Below, piece by piece: positions 12,488-24,513 of a stretch of DNA of 64,000 nt (position 1 is the first letter of the stretch; each line of letters opens with the position of its first letter). The position numbers and the translations under genes are program-made. The stretch lies in the NCBI GenBank assembly GCA_012295275.1, contig CM022667.1, positions 3,906,001-3,970,000 on the forward strand. Reading direction: 5' to 3'. The notes beneath the pieces were generated by a model. The model did not search any database, was not told the DNA's origin, and was given only the letters and a program-made list of their open reading frames with translations. Source of the DNA: Chrysomallon squamiferum. Taxonomy: Eukaryota; Animalia; Mollusca.

Positions 12488-14986
12488 TGACTGTCTGCAC
12501 CAGCATGTGTCCATATGTATATTTTTGAGTAAGTGAGGGTTAATATATGTTAATTAATGCATGCTTGTGTGTGCAACAATATGTGTTTGTGTTTGTGTGT
12601 ATTTCCTTAGAAGCATAACATTATTTTTGTGCCAACTTCATGACTTGGATAAAGTAGGTTTTTAAAAAAAAGAAAAGAAAAGTAGACATACACCCATGTA
12701 CACAGTATAATTTGCACATATGTTACTTCATGATGTATTTAGATATATTATTAAAAAAAAGTCAAATTATAAAAAAGTTAAAAAGTGTTGACTGCTTCAT
12801 TTTCAGATTTGAAAGTAATGCGAAAATCTGAAGGAAAATATGGAATTACTGGAAAACCAAGAGGAAATAATTTGTTTATCTGGGTGATTATCTCTTATTA
12901 TAATTAATTATTTATAATTTACTCTCTCTCTCTGTTTTACTCTGTCTGCCAGTCTCTCTCTCCTCTCTCTCTCTCTCACTCAAACACACACACACAGTAT
13001 TATATATTAATTTTTTAATTTTTTAAATCATTTCTATGAATTATTGTTAGCTGTTCTAAAAAAGAAACACGAAATCTAAATTTCTATTTAAAATTATTTA
13101 ATATATTTTTATTACGAAACTTTTATTTCTATTTTCACAGGATGTCAAGTTAACAGATATCCCTAAAAACACAAAGCTTGGAAAAGATCTTCAAATGTTT
13201 GCAAAGACTTATCATCAGGAAGTAAGCGTATGCTGCTAAAAATAGTATCTACAATTACTATATATTATTTCAAAACACATTTAATCAGGATATGTTTATG
13301 TATTCTTATTTTTATATATATTTTTTTTTTGACTGTATGTGTAATCAGAATGTGTTCGTTTATGTGTTCAAGAGTGTGGGTGTGTGAAAAATAATATAAA
13401 ATGAAAAAAACTATTTTTAAAAAGAAGGTATATGTGTGACACAAATGAAACACTGTTAATGTTTATTAATCTTCCATAATCATAAAAACAACGACAATGA
13501 ATGGAATCTTTGGGTGCTGCTTTGGTGTGTGATCTATTATTATTATTTGGTTTATTCTTGTTTTTTTTATTATTATTTTTATACGTAAATGAAACAAAAT
13601 TTCCTTTTATTATATATTTATAATTTATAGGACTGAAAAGTATACATGCCTTCGTTTCATTGCTAATCACATTGTAAAAATCTTTCGCCAACATCTTAAC
13701 GATTTACCTGTTTAATCCATTTCCAATCCAAGCTAGGTCAAATCTGTTTTATTACTTTATCTGCCTGCTATCAATTGACATTTCCTACTAAAGGAATATA
13801 ATTATCCATTTTCATCATTGTCTTATCTTATAGAAATTTCCTAGATATTTTGTTTGCTGTAGATCACCCTTTAAGTTGTAGATCAGACACACCAAAATAG
13901 TATCATCACACATAGGTCACATGCCAAAGCAGCTCCAATCTTTGTTTCTTATATTATTCATTCATTTATTTCAGCCTGTCATATCATTAGAGATGCAGTT
14001 TCCAGGTGATTTCCCATTTTCACCTCCATTTATCAGAGTTATCCACCCTCGTTTCAAGTTTTTAACAGGTTTTTTGTTTTTTTCTCATATTTTTGTTCTT
14101 TCTCTTTAACTGTCTATTTCAGACTCATATTCTGTGTTATCATCAATCTAATCAGTGTAATTGAATATTTGAATATCTGGCATTTATGATGGCACAATTT
14201 GTCATTTCATGAATTGTTCAATCTTTACAGTGATGCAAAGAATCAATGAACACATCTTACACATGTTATAATTATGTCTTCCTTTGGTTTTGGGTAGGGA
14301 TGCAATACAAATATATTTATGAAATCGTTAAACTGGCAAACTTTGTAACACTGATATAAGCAGTATTTTTTTTTAACTGACAATGAAACATTGTAATTAT
14401 ATGTTGCAAAAAAATTCAAAATACACCATGAATCTTTCTTTTTTGGGGGAATACTGAACAAACTGACTACATTTCCAAAGTTTATTTATTTTTTTGGTTT
14501 CAGGTCATGTCACTATAGGTGGCAGCATATGTTTGGAAATGTTGACAAAGTCTGGATGGAGACCTACAAATGACATAGAGGTGAGAAAGGCATAGACATT
14601 AACCCCCCCCAAAAAAAACCCCAAAACATATAGATAATCATATGAAAGAAGCAGCTATCTGCAATCAAGCCAAACACAAAAATAGATAATTAACACAAAA
14701 TGGTTCAAGAAATTTTAACACAGACAGAACCATCCCAATCCGTCTTATCTGCTGTTTGTAATTTTTTTATTAATATCATTATAGTGATAGTACTGATTTG
14801 ACAAGTGTCTAGGATGTGAAATATTATTATTATTATTTACAGAACATTCTTGTGCAAGTACGGAGTGAAATTCTGAGTGATCCAGCTGCATCTCTGGACA
14901 TGAGCAGTTCCAAGTCTGATTACACAGAGGAAGAAGCTCGAGATGCTTTTAGGCGAATGGTCAAACGTTATGGCTGGGATAAATAA
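10948..14986 (+). CDS. UBE2Q: UBE2Q-family ubiquitin-conjugating enzyme, copy 1 (catalytic Cys intact), 339 aa
   Basis: Exons 10948-11124, 11262-11384, 11778-11953, 12282-12352, 12807-12883, 13141-13221, 13975-14068, 14504-14580, 14843-14986 (1020 nt, open). N-terminal extension, acidic linker, then UBC fold: AVKRLLKDL...NNLFIWDVKL...[17 protein letters not shown]...GHVTIGGSICLEMLTKSGW (Cys 14530-14532)...[19 protein letters not shown]. Second ATG at 10966 aligns with the starts of the other copies. Confidence 0.9.
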
Positions 14987-15323
14987 TATTGTTTATTATT
15001 TTCTACATCTAGGACCATAAACGTAACTGTTGTATATCATAATAACTGTGATATCATTAAACATTATTAGTAATAACTGGTTTTATGTAAACAGATAAAC
15101 CACCACCAGAATTTTATATAGATTCTTTGTTAGGATCATTACTAGTATAATCTTTAACAAAAAACAACAAATTTGAAATGAATTTAGTAGAATACAAGAT
15201 GTATCTTGATACTGTCATAAAACAAGAACAAATTAAAACAACCACTTATAAAAATATTTTTAGATATATGGTCACTTATCATGTGTGTGTTATGTGTGTG
15301 TTGTGTGTGTGTGTGTGTATGTA

Positions 15324-15355
<32 letters not shown>

Positions 15356-16441
15356 TGTGTATGTGTGTGTGTGTGCTTAACAAGTAATAAACAAATAAAT
15401 AATTACTTTGGAATCAAAAATTTCAATATGAAATGTTCTTTTAAAACACACACACACACATGTACACACATACACAAACACGAGATGGTGTATTAATAAA
15501 CAATTTTACAGTTTGTATGACCAATACACACACAACACACAAATTTGTCACTGAATATTTTTTAAAACGTAATATCATTTTTAAATCTGTGATACTTTTT
15601 GAATTTTTGTAATAGAGTTTTGGCTTTTTATGTTTAAAATGTATTTTCGTTTTTTTTTTTTTGTTAAGGACAGATATTTGAAATTTTTAAAGGTGACCAA
15701 CTCTGAAATAATTGTATAAACCTTGAAATATCATGTTTTTGGATTTTTTATTATGGTATTGTTTTGTGCATTTATGCACATATGTTATATATATATCTGT
15801 TGTTATGTAAACATTAAACAGATTCTAAATGTTTTTCCAGCTTTCAGAAATCTGGAAAATCTAGGAAACCTGTTATTTGTTTTTAAACTGACTACTTTTG
15901 AAATATATGTGTTTTCTTTAGCTTCTGTGACTAAAGTTAAAACGAGAGTGTTGCCGTGTGATTCTATCAGGATCATTTAGCTTTTGTTTCAATTTATTCT
16001 CATTTTCATTTATTACCATCATTGTTTTTCACTTTTTAAACAAATTTTAAACAAAAATTAATCCGAATCCAGAAATCTTGACTCTCACCAGTCCTAAGCT
16101 TGTTGGATAAATGGTTCAGTACCTGTACTTATTTTAAAAACTACATTCCCTTGTTTGATGTAACATTTTTCACTTTTTACATTCTTTATAATGTGTAAAT
16201 TATTTTCAATATGTATTTTGCATATTTGAAAAGAATAAATAAAAGTTTTATTTTTAAATTTTGCTTTTTGATTCTTGCAGAAGCAAAGTATTTTAAAATA
16301 ATACATTTTGGATTGGGATATAATGACTCAGTTAATTTGTATCTACTTGATATATATATATTTTTTTTTTTTTTATTATTTTTACAGTATAGAATATTTA
16401 TTTTATTAGTTCTATACTTTAACACTGGAGTCCAGATATCC

Positions 16442-16475
<34 letters not shown>

Positions 16476-17276
16476 AATATTATTATTCCATTATTATTAT
16501 TCTTATTGTCATTGTCATCATATCATCATCATTATTGTAATAATGTCTTTAGGACACAGTTGAAACACAGACCCACTATCACTCACATTCTCACACATGC
16601 ACACACACACACACAAAATGTACAACACAGCCATGCATATATAAACATACACATACACACACACAAACAATAATATTCACTTTCCAGCAAAATATAACAA
16701 AAAAAAACAACAATAATTCGTTTTTTAATACTACTTTATTTTCTATCATTATCTATAAATACTTCTGTTACTTAATTCAGTGGAAACTTACATTATTTTT
16801 TCCATTACCAGCAAGATGTTTTCTATTGGTACAGAAGTTATAATACAACTAATATTACAAATAATATTAAATGTGTTAATAATATTATTAAAAAAAAAAA
16901 AAAAAAAACACAAAACAAACAAAAAAAACAACAACAACAACAACAAAAAAAAAAACATTACAATTAACTGGCATAAGGGAAAAAAATAAAAAGGAGAGAA
17001 AAGATTTTTGTTAAGAAATTAACTCCATATTATTTGTTATCCATATAGTGCTGTATTATTTAAAAAAAAAAAAATTAAAAAAAAGATTTAGAATTGATTG
17101 ATCAATTTTAAATCGACAGTAGTAGTAATTAAATCAACAGACAAGCAAACAACCAAGACGATAGTCTCAGTTTTTGGTTTTTCCTATTTTCCTATTTTTA
17201 TTTTTAAGCGGAAACGGGAAATATTTATCAGCATTTATGTTCAATGACAATCGTGTCTGACTGACAAAACTTTATT

Positions 17277-20200
17277 ATGAGTTTCGCTGACGGCAGATCG
17301 TCTGCCGAACGCTGGCTGTCTGAAAATGAAAACAGTAATTTGGTTTTATCCGAAGCAGACGATAACAACAAACGACTTGTTTTTCAAGTACCAGGCACCA
17401 GTATTTCATTTTACATTGATTGCTCTGAAGATTTGGTAAGAATTTTAATATGCCATTTTTTAAAATAGTGTATATATGTCTGTATGCATATATACGCATA
17501 TATAATAAAAATAATTTAATTAGTAAGATTTATTCTGCATGTTTTGATATTTTATTTATTTATTTATTTATTTTTCATTTTTATTTATTTAATACATTTT
17601 TTAATTTAATTAATTAATTTATTTAATTTTTATGTTTTTTACTATTCTTCTTCCTCCTCTTCTCCTTCTTCTTCTTATATAAATTAAAATACATATTGGT
17701 ATAGATAACAGTATCATCGGAATGTCACGTGCATTGGAATGTCACGTTACTTTCAGTATCAGTGGTCAGAAAATAAATCTTATAAATTGATTTTGATTGA
17801 TGCAGACGAAAATGCCACTAATATTTCATGCAGCAGACACACCAGTCTCTTTTTACATAGTTTGCTCAGAGAAACTGGTAAAGCTTTCTCATACGTACTT
17901 TTTATATTTCCTTTGGAACAAATAATGAATTTTCTTAATATTTGTTTCAATCTTTATTCTTTTTACATCGTTCTTTCTTTCTTTTCGATTAATTAATTTA
18001 CAGCACCTGTGGACAGACAATGAGGAGCTTCTTTCAGTCTTAAAAGCAGACATCGACTGGATTACGTCACGCAGAGAAAAAACTATTGGCGAGATACTTG
18101 GTCGAGCTTACACCAGTCTGAAACCCGTGAGTATAAACTTGAGCTTTCAATGATTGTTGTAAATAGACATTTAACCTGGTTAAAAATAATAACAATAATA
18201 ATAAAAAAAAAAAAATAGTAATAAATAAATAATAATAATAAAAATAAATAAATAAATAAATAAAATAAAGAAATAAAAACGTAATAATAATAATAATTTT
18301 TTTTTGCAAGAATATGTGATGACATCTTTGTTGCAGTAACTTGAGTTTCATACTGCTGTTATATACAGATGATATGCCAGTTGTCTGTAGTACATATTAT
18401 TTTTATAATAGGCACACAATAATAATACAGAAAAATGACATAAAAAGCTTTAAGTTTAAACAAAAATAGGGTTTAAAAAGATAAAATTTATCATTATAAC
18501 CTATTTTCATTCATCTGTTATTTTAGTTAATAGAGACCAGCAGTGTGAATTCTGAAGGTGAGGAAGAACTTTTTTTCGAAGCTGATGAAGGTAAGAATAG
18601 TGATGACGATGATAATGATGAGGATGAGGATGAGGATGCTGATGTTGAATCAGAAGAAAAGACAAAAGAAAGTGATAGGTCAGTAACTTTGATTAATTCA
18701 AATTAGTTAATATAAATTAATAATGTTATCAAGTTGTATTAACAAAGGATAATAAATAGCAATCTGAGGAAATGTCTGATTTATTTTTAGTCACAAACAA
18801 TCCTGTTATCTCAGTCAATTTTCTTTTCTCATGAATTATACAGCTTTTTGAAAATAAGCTGAGGGGGATAATATTAATTATTGTTAAAAATATTTTCTTG
18901 TATAATAAGTATTTATTTTACTAACTTTTTGACATAAAATAATAAAATATTTTTGATTGCTTGCAGTGACAATGGTGAAGATTCAAATTATTTTAATGCA
19001 CAAGGCTCTCAAACTGCAGTAAAACGTTTATTAAAAGGTAAAACTAAAATGTCTTTGTTTACTGTAAACATTTTTTTTTCATCTTGTCATTTATATATAC
19101 ATTGTGGTTCCATGCATGCATGTGTGTGTGTGTGTATGTATGTATCTATGTATCTATGTATGTGTGTATGTATATGTGTGTGTATATATGTATGTATGTA
19201 TATGTATGTATGTATGCATATATGCATGTATGTATGTATGTGAATGTATGTATGTGTGAATGTGTGTATGTATATGTATGTATGTATGTATGTATGATGT
19301 ATGTATGTATGTATGTATGTATGAATGCATGTATGTATGTATGTATGTATGTATTTATGTATTTATGCATGTATATATGTATATATGTATGTATGTATTT
19401 ATGTATGTATGTGTATATATGTATGTATGTATGTATATATGTATGTATTTATGTATGTATGTATGAATGTAGGTATGTATGTTTGAATGAATGTATGTAT
19501 GTATGTATGTATGTATGTATGTATGTATGTGAATGTCTGCACCAGAATATGTCCATATGTATATGTTTGAGTAAGTGAGGGTTAATTTATGTATGCATGC
19601 TTGTGTGTGCAACAATGTGTGTGTGTGTGTGTGTGTGTGTGTGACCATGAATGTACACAATGTTTGTGTGTATTTCCTTTGAAACATAAAATTATTTTTG
19701 TGCCATCTTTATGATTTGGATAAAGTATTTTTTTTTTTAAAGAAAAGAAAAGCAGTCCTACACCCATGTACACAGTATAATTTGCACATATGTTACTTAA
19801 TGATATATTTAGATATATTATTAAAAAAAGTCAAATTATAAAAAAGTTTTAAAATGTTGACTGCTTCATTTTCAGATTTGAAAGAAATGCAAAAATCAAA
19901 AGGAAAATATGGAATTACTGGAAACCCAAGAGGAGATAATTTGTTTATCTGGGTGATTATCTTTTATTATAATTAATTATTTATAATGTACTCTCTCTCT
20001 CTCTCAAGCACACAACACACACACACACACACACACAGATCATTATATATAATATATATAAACAAACCAATAAATCCTGCTATTTTTTAAAATCATATGA
20101 ATTAATTGTTAAATATATAAAAAAAAGAAGAAAAGAAAACATTTCTCTTTAAAACTGTTTAATACATTTTTATTATGAAACTTACATTTGTATTTTCAAA

Positions 20201-22116
20201 GGATGTCAAGTTGTCTTTTCCTGACGATACAAAGCTTCAAAAAGATCTTGAAGAATTTGCAGAGGCATCTGGTCAATTAGTAAGGATATGTTGCTAAAAA
20301 TAATATCTACAATTACTGTATTATTTCTAAAAGAAGGTAATCGAGACATGTTTGTTTTTGTTTTCTTTTTTTACTCTATGTGTTTATGTATATGTTCAAG
20401 TGTGTGTGTGTGTTTGTGTGTAAAGTAATATAAAAGCAATGACAGTGCATATAATCTTTGTTTCTCATATTATTTATTTATTTATTTCAGCCTGTCATAT
20501 CACTGGAGATGAAGTTTCCAGCTGATTTCCCATTTTCACCTCCGTTTATCAGAGTTATCCGCCCTCAGTTTCTATTAGGTTAGCATTTTTTCCTTCAAAA
20601 ATGCTCATTTATAGATCTTAAAATGAAATGATAAAGACTATACAAGCAGATGAATTAATTAATTTAGTTAATTTTCATTTGACTCATTTATGATTGAATT
20701 TATTTTTAAACTCGATGAAAAATATCTCGATGAGAAAGTATAAAAACAAAAGTTTTTAACAGGTTTCTTTTTTTCTCTTTAACTGTCTATTTCAGACTCA
20801 CATTCTGTGTTATCATCAATCTGATCATTGTAATTGAACGTCTGAATATCTGGCACTGGCAGTCATTTATGATGGCACAATGTGTCATTTCATGTATTGT
20901 TCAATCTTTACAATGATGCAAAGAATCAGTGAACACATCTTATACATGTTATAATTAGGTCTTCGTAGTTAATAAGATTGTTTTGACAAATAGCCATCAC
21001 TTTATCAGATACAATTTCATGTGCACCAAACAACTGGTTTATGCCAGATTAAATATAATTGATTGCACATAACTGCACCCACAAGGACTGTTCAGATATC
21101 TTCATGCAATAAAAATATGTTTATGAAATCGTTAAACTGGCAAACTGTAACACTGAAAAAAGCACGTGACAAATTATTTTCATGTTTAATTTTTTAAAAA
21201 TGCAAAATTCTAATAGGGCTTGTATGAACTGTAGGCGTTCCTACATCACACTTCACACACTCATTGGTAAACTTGAGTGAAACCTGGCTGCCTGTTTACC
21301 ATTTGCATCTGATAAAATCACTGAAAATGCTGATATTGCTGAAACCCTGTGTGAACATTTGTTTCTCAATGTTTTATGACTTAAATTGTCTAAAATACAA
21401 GTGGTAAGTTATTCTAGAATATTTAGGCATTGTGTCTGAATTCTGTAGCTTCAGGTCTAAGGGAGGAGCTACTGATTGAAAAATAGATGTAGGCTGCAAT
21501 TTGCACAAGGACTGTTATAAAGTGTGAAAATACACAATGACATTTTTTACTTCTTTTTTTTTGATAATTTTTTTTTAATTTATTTTTTATTTATTTTTTT
21601 TTAAGAATGTTCTGCTGTCACTGAAGGAGGCAGTATATTTATAGAAGAGCTTACAAAGTCGGGTTGGAGTCCTGCATATTGCATAGAGGTGAGAAAGGCA
21701 TAGACTTAAAATAATAATAATAATAAATAAGTAAATAAATAAATAAAGATAATAAATATGAAATAAGCAGCTATCTGCTATCAAGCCAACATTTCTTGAA
21801 CTGTTTCTTGTTAACTGTCTAGTTAGTTAACATGGAACAGTTCATGAAATTTTAACGCTGATAGAACCATCTATCTTGTCTGCTGTTTGTAATTTTTTAT
21901 TAATATCATTATAGTGTTAGTACTGATCTGACAAGTGTCTAGGATGTGAAATATTATTATTATTATTTACAGAGCATTCTTGTGTATGTATGGAGTGAAA
22001 TTCTGAGTGATCCAGCTGCATCTCTAGACATAAACAGTTCCACACCTGAAAAGACAGAGGAAAAAGCTCGATATGCTTTTAGGCAAATGGAGAAATTTTG
22101 TGGATGGGATAAATAA
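17277..22116 (+). CDS. UBE2Q-like copy 2: chimeric pseudo-E2 with intact ORF (324 aa), catalytic Cys replaced by Phe
   Basis: Exons 17277-17435, 18004-18126, 18527-18678, 18967-19037, 19876-19952, 20202-20279, 20491-20578, 21606-21688, 21973-22116 (975 nt, open, all GT-AG). Active-site exon reads [28 protein letters not shown] (TTT at 21638-21640). Confidence 0.8.
17765..17877 (+). pseudogene. Decayed remnant of a copy-1-type exon 1 inside intron 1 of copy 2
   Basis: Aligns to 11007-11124 (gtcagaaaataaatc...ctcagagaaactg|gtaaag), lacks the 5' end and has frameshifting indels; keeps its donor and is followed by a copy-1-like intron 1. Confidence 0.85.
19111..19530. repeat. Degenerate (TATG)n/(TG)n microsatellite in intron 4 of copy 2
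   Basis: Direct inspection; source of the spurious MYVC/HTYI ORFs. Copy 1 has only (TGCA)n(TG)n at 12422-12485. Confidence 0.95.
21791..21850. repeat. 60-nt quasi-palindrome (26-bp arms, 8-nt loop) in intron 8 of copy 2; identical copy at 29607-29666
   Basis: atttcttgaactgtttcttgttaact-gtctagtt-agttaacatggaacagttcatgaaat; two U-U mismatches and one G-U pair. Confidence 0.85.
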
Positions 22117-22138
22117 TACTAACTGTGATACTATTGAA

Positions 22139-22294
22139 CATTATTAGTAATAACTGGTTTATGTAAACAGATAAACCACCATCAGAATTTTATACAGACT
22201 ATTTGTTAGGATCATTAAACATTATTAGTAATTATTTACGTTAACAGATAAACCAGCATCAGAATTTTATACAGATTGTTTGTTAGGATCATTA
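22139..22294 (+). repeat. About 80-bp tandem repeat, 2 units, in the 3' UTR of copy 2
   Basis: Unit cattattagtaa...aacagataaacca...agaattttatacaga...ttgttaggatcatta; single unit in copy 1 (15062-15141). Confidence 0.85.
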
Positions 22295-24513
22295 CTAGTA
22301 TAATCTTTAACAAAAAACAACAAAATTGAAATTAATTTAGTAGAATACAAGATGTATCGTGATACTATCATAAAACAAGAACAGATTAAAACGATCATTC
22401 ATAAAAATATTTTTATATAAATGGTCATATATCACGTGTGTGTGTGTTCTTAACAAGTAATAAACAAATAAAACAATTACTTGGGAATAAAAAATTTCAG
22501 TTTGATATTTTCTTTTAAAACACACCTGTGTGCACAGGTGACAGAATTTTCGTTTTTAACTTAAAATCATTTTTATACTTCCAAACATTTTTGAATCTGT
22601 GATACTGTTTAAATTTTATTTTTGTATTGTTTTTAAAAAAAAAAATGTATTTATGTATATATTTATATATTTATTTTTAAAGAGATTAATTTGAAATGTT
22701 TAAATGTGAAGGAGAAATAATTCAGAAATAATTGTATAAACCATGAAATATCATGTTGTTGGATTTTGGGTTATGGTATTGTTTTGTGCATTTATGCATA
22801 TATATATATATATATATGTACATTTATGCATATATATATATATATATCTGTTGTTATGTAAACATTAAACAGATTCTAAATGTTTTTCCAGCTTTCAGAA
22901 ATCTGGAAAGTCTAGGTAACCTGTTATTTGTTTTTAAATTGACTACTTTTGAATTATATGTGTTTACATTGGAATTTACATTCTTTGTGCTGTGTTTAAT
23001 TATTATGAATATGTCTTTTGCATATTTGTAAAGAATGAATAAAAAAAGTTTTATTTCTAAATTTTTGCTTTTTGATTATTGCAGAAGCAAAGTGTTTTAA
23101 AATATGTTTTGAATTAGGCTATAATGAATAGATTAATTTTATCCACATGTTATTTTTTATTTTAATATTTATTTATTTAGAATATTTATTTTAATAGATG
23201 TATTCTTTAACATTATTACTATTATTATTATTATTATTTTTATTATTAAATATTATTATTCCATTATTATTATTGTTATTGTCGTTGTCATCATCATCAT
23301 CATCATTATTATTACACACACACAGACAATAATATTCACTTGCCATCCAAATCTAATAACAAAAAAAAAAAAAAACAAAATCATAAAAAATCGTTTTATA
23401 ATACTACTTTATCTTCTGTCGTTTTCTATGAATAATTCTGTTACTTAATTCAGTGGAAACTTACATTATTTTTTCCATTACCAGCAAGATGTTTTCTGAT
23501 AATCTAGAAGCTATAATACAACAGATTACAGAGCGCATGCTGGAACGTGAAATAGCTCTGTGAAGAGCAGAATCAGAATTAATTGTATTAAATTTGTTTA
23601 TAATGTTATTGAAGAAAAATAGCAATTAAATGTCATAAGGAAAGGCGAAAAAAAAAAAAAAAAAAAAAATAAGAAGAAAAAAAAAAAATAAAAAAAAAAA
23701 AAAAAAAAAAAAAAATAAATAATTATATAAATAAAAAGGAGACATAAGATTTTTGTTAAGGAATTAACTCCATCCGTTTAGACGTTTGGTCCCACATTTA
23801 TTTTTGTCAGTAATCTAAATATAATACAATACAATTAGGCCTACCACACGAACGCGCAGTGTATTTTTAAATAAATAATTTTTATCTTCTTGTTTCATAC
23901 GAACTTCTTTACTGTTATCCATATATTTTATTTTAAAAAAACCACCACCACCACCACCAACAACAACAAAAAACCCTTAAATAAATAAATAATAATAATA
24001 AAATTAGAATAGATTAATCAGTTTTATATCTACAGGAGAAATAAATAAATAAATTGATAAATTAATAAACAAGACGATATTCTCAGTGTATTATAATTAC
24101 AGAGCAAGAATAATGCGCAAAACGACGAATTTGATCCGTTGACAATGCACCAAGAACAACCATTTTGCCAAAAGATATAAATCGAGTTGATCATAAAATT
24201 ATCGCCGTTATCTTAATTTCTAGTTAGAAAGCCTATCCAGATTCCTAACTGAAATCGTTGATAAAATTAGCATATTGTAGTGGATTTGATGGATAATACC
24301 GAAACTAATCAGTCGACACGGAGAATAGCTGAAATAATTACTGATTTCGTTTCGAAAAAATTTCAGTCTCATTTTTTGACAAATAACAAGCGGCGTGTAC
24401 TTTTGGTTTCTCCTATTTTCATTTTTCGTATTTTTAAGCGGAAACGGGGAAACATTTATCAGCATTTACGTTCAGTGACAATAATCGTGTCTGACTGACA
24501 AAACTTTATAACT

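Noticed and set aside
19084-19773. Overlapping MYVC/HTYI-repeat ORFs (also 26452-27252, 15178-15496)
   Set aside because: Translations of microsatellites.
21235-21403. Exon-like segment in intron 7 of copies 2 and 3 with GTAAGT donor; one frame gives [16 protein letters not shown], faintly LINE-like
   Set aside because: Exit phase is wrong and differs between copies; retroelement similarity too short to support.
24220-24498. ORF pair repeated at 32212-32490
   Set aside because: Similarity reflects recent duplication of the promoter region; non-ATG starts; mostly deleted before copy 2.
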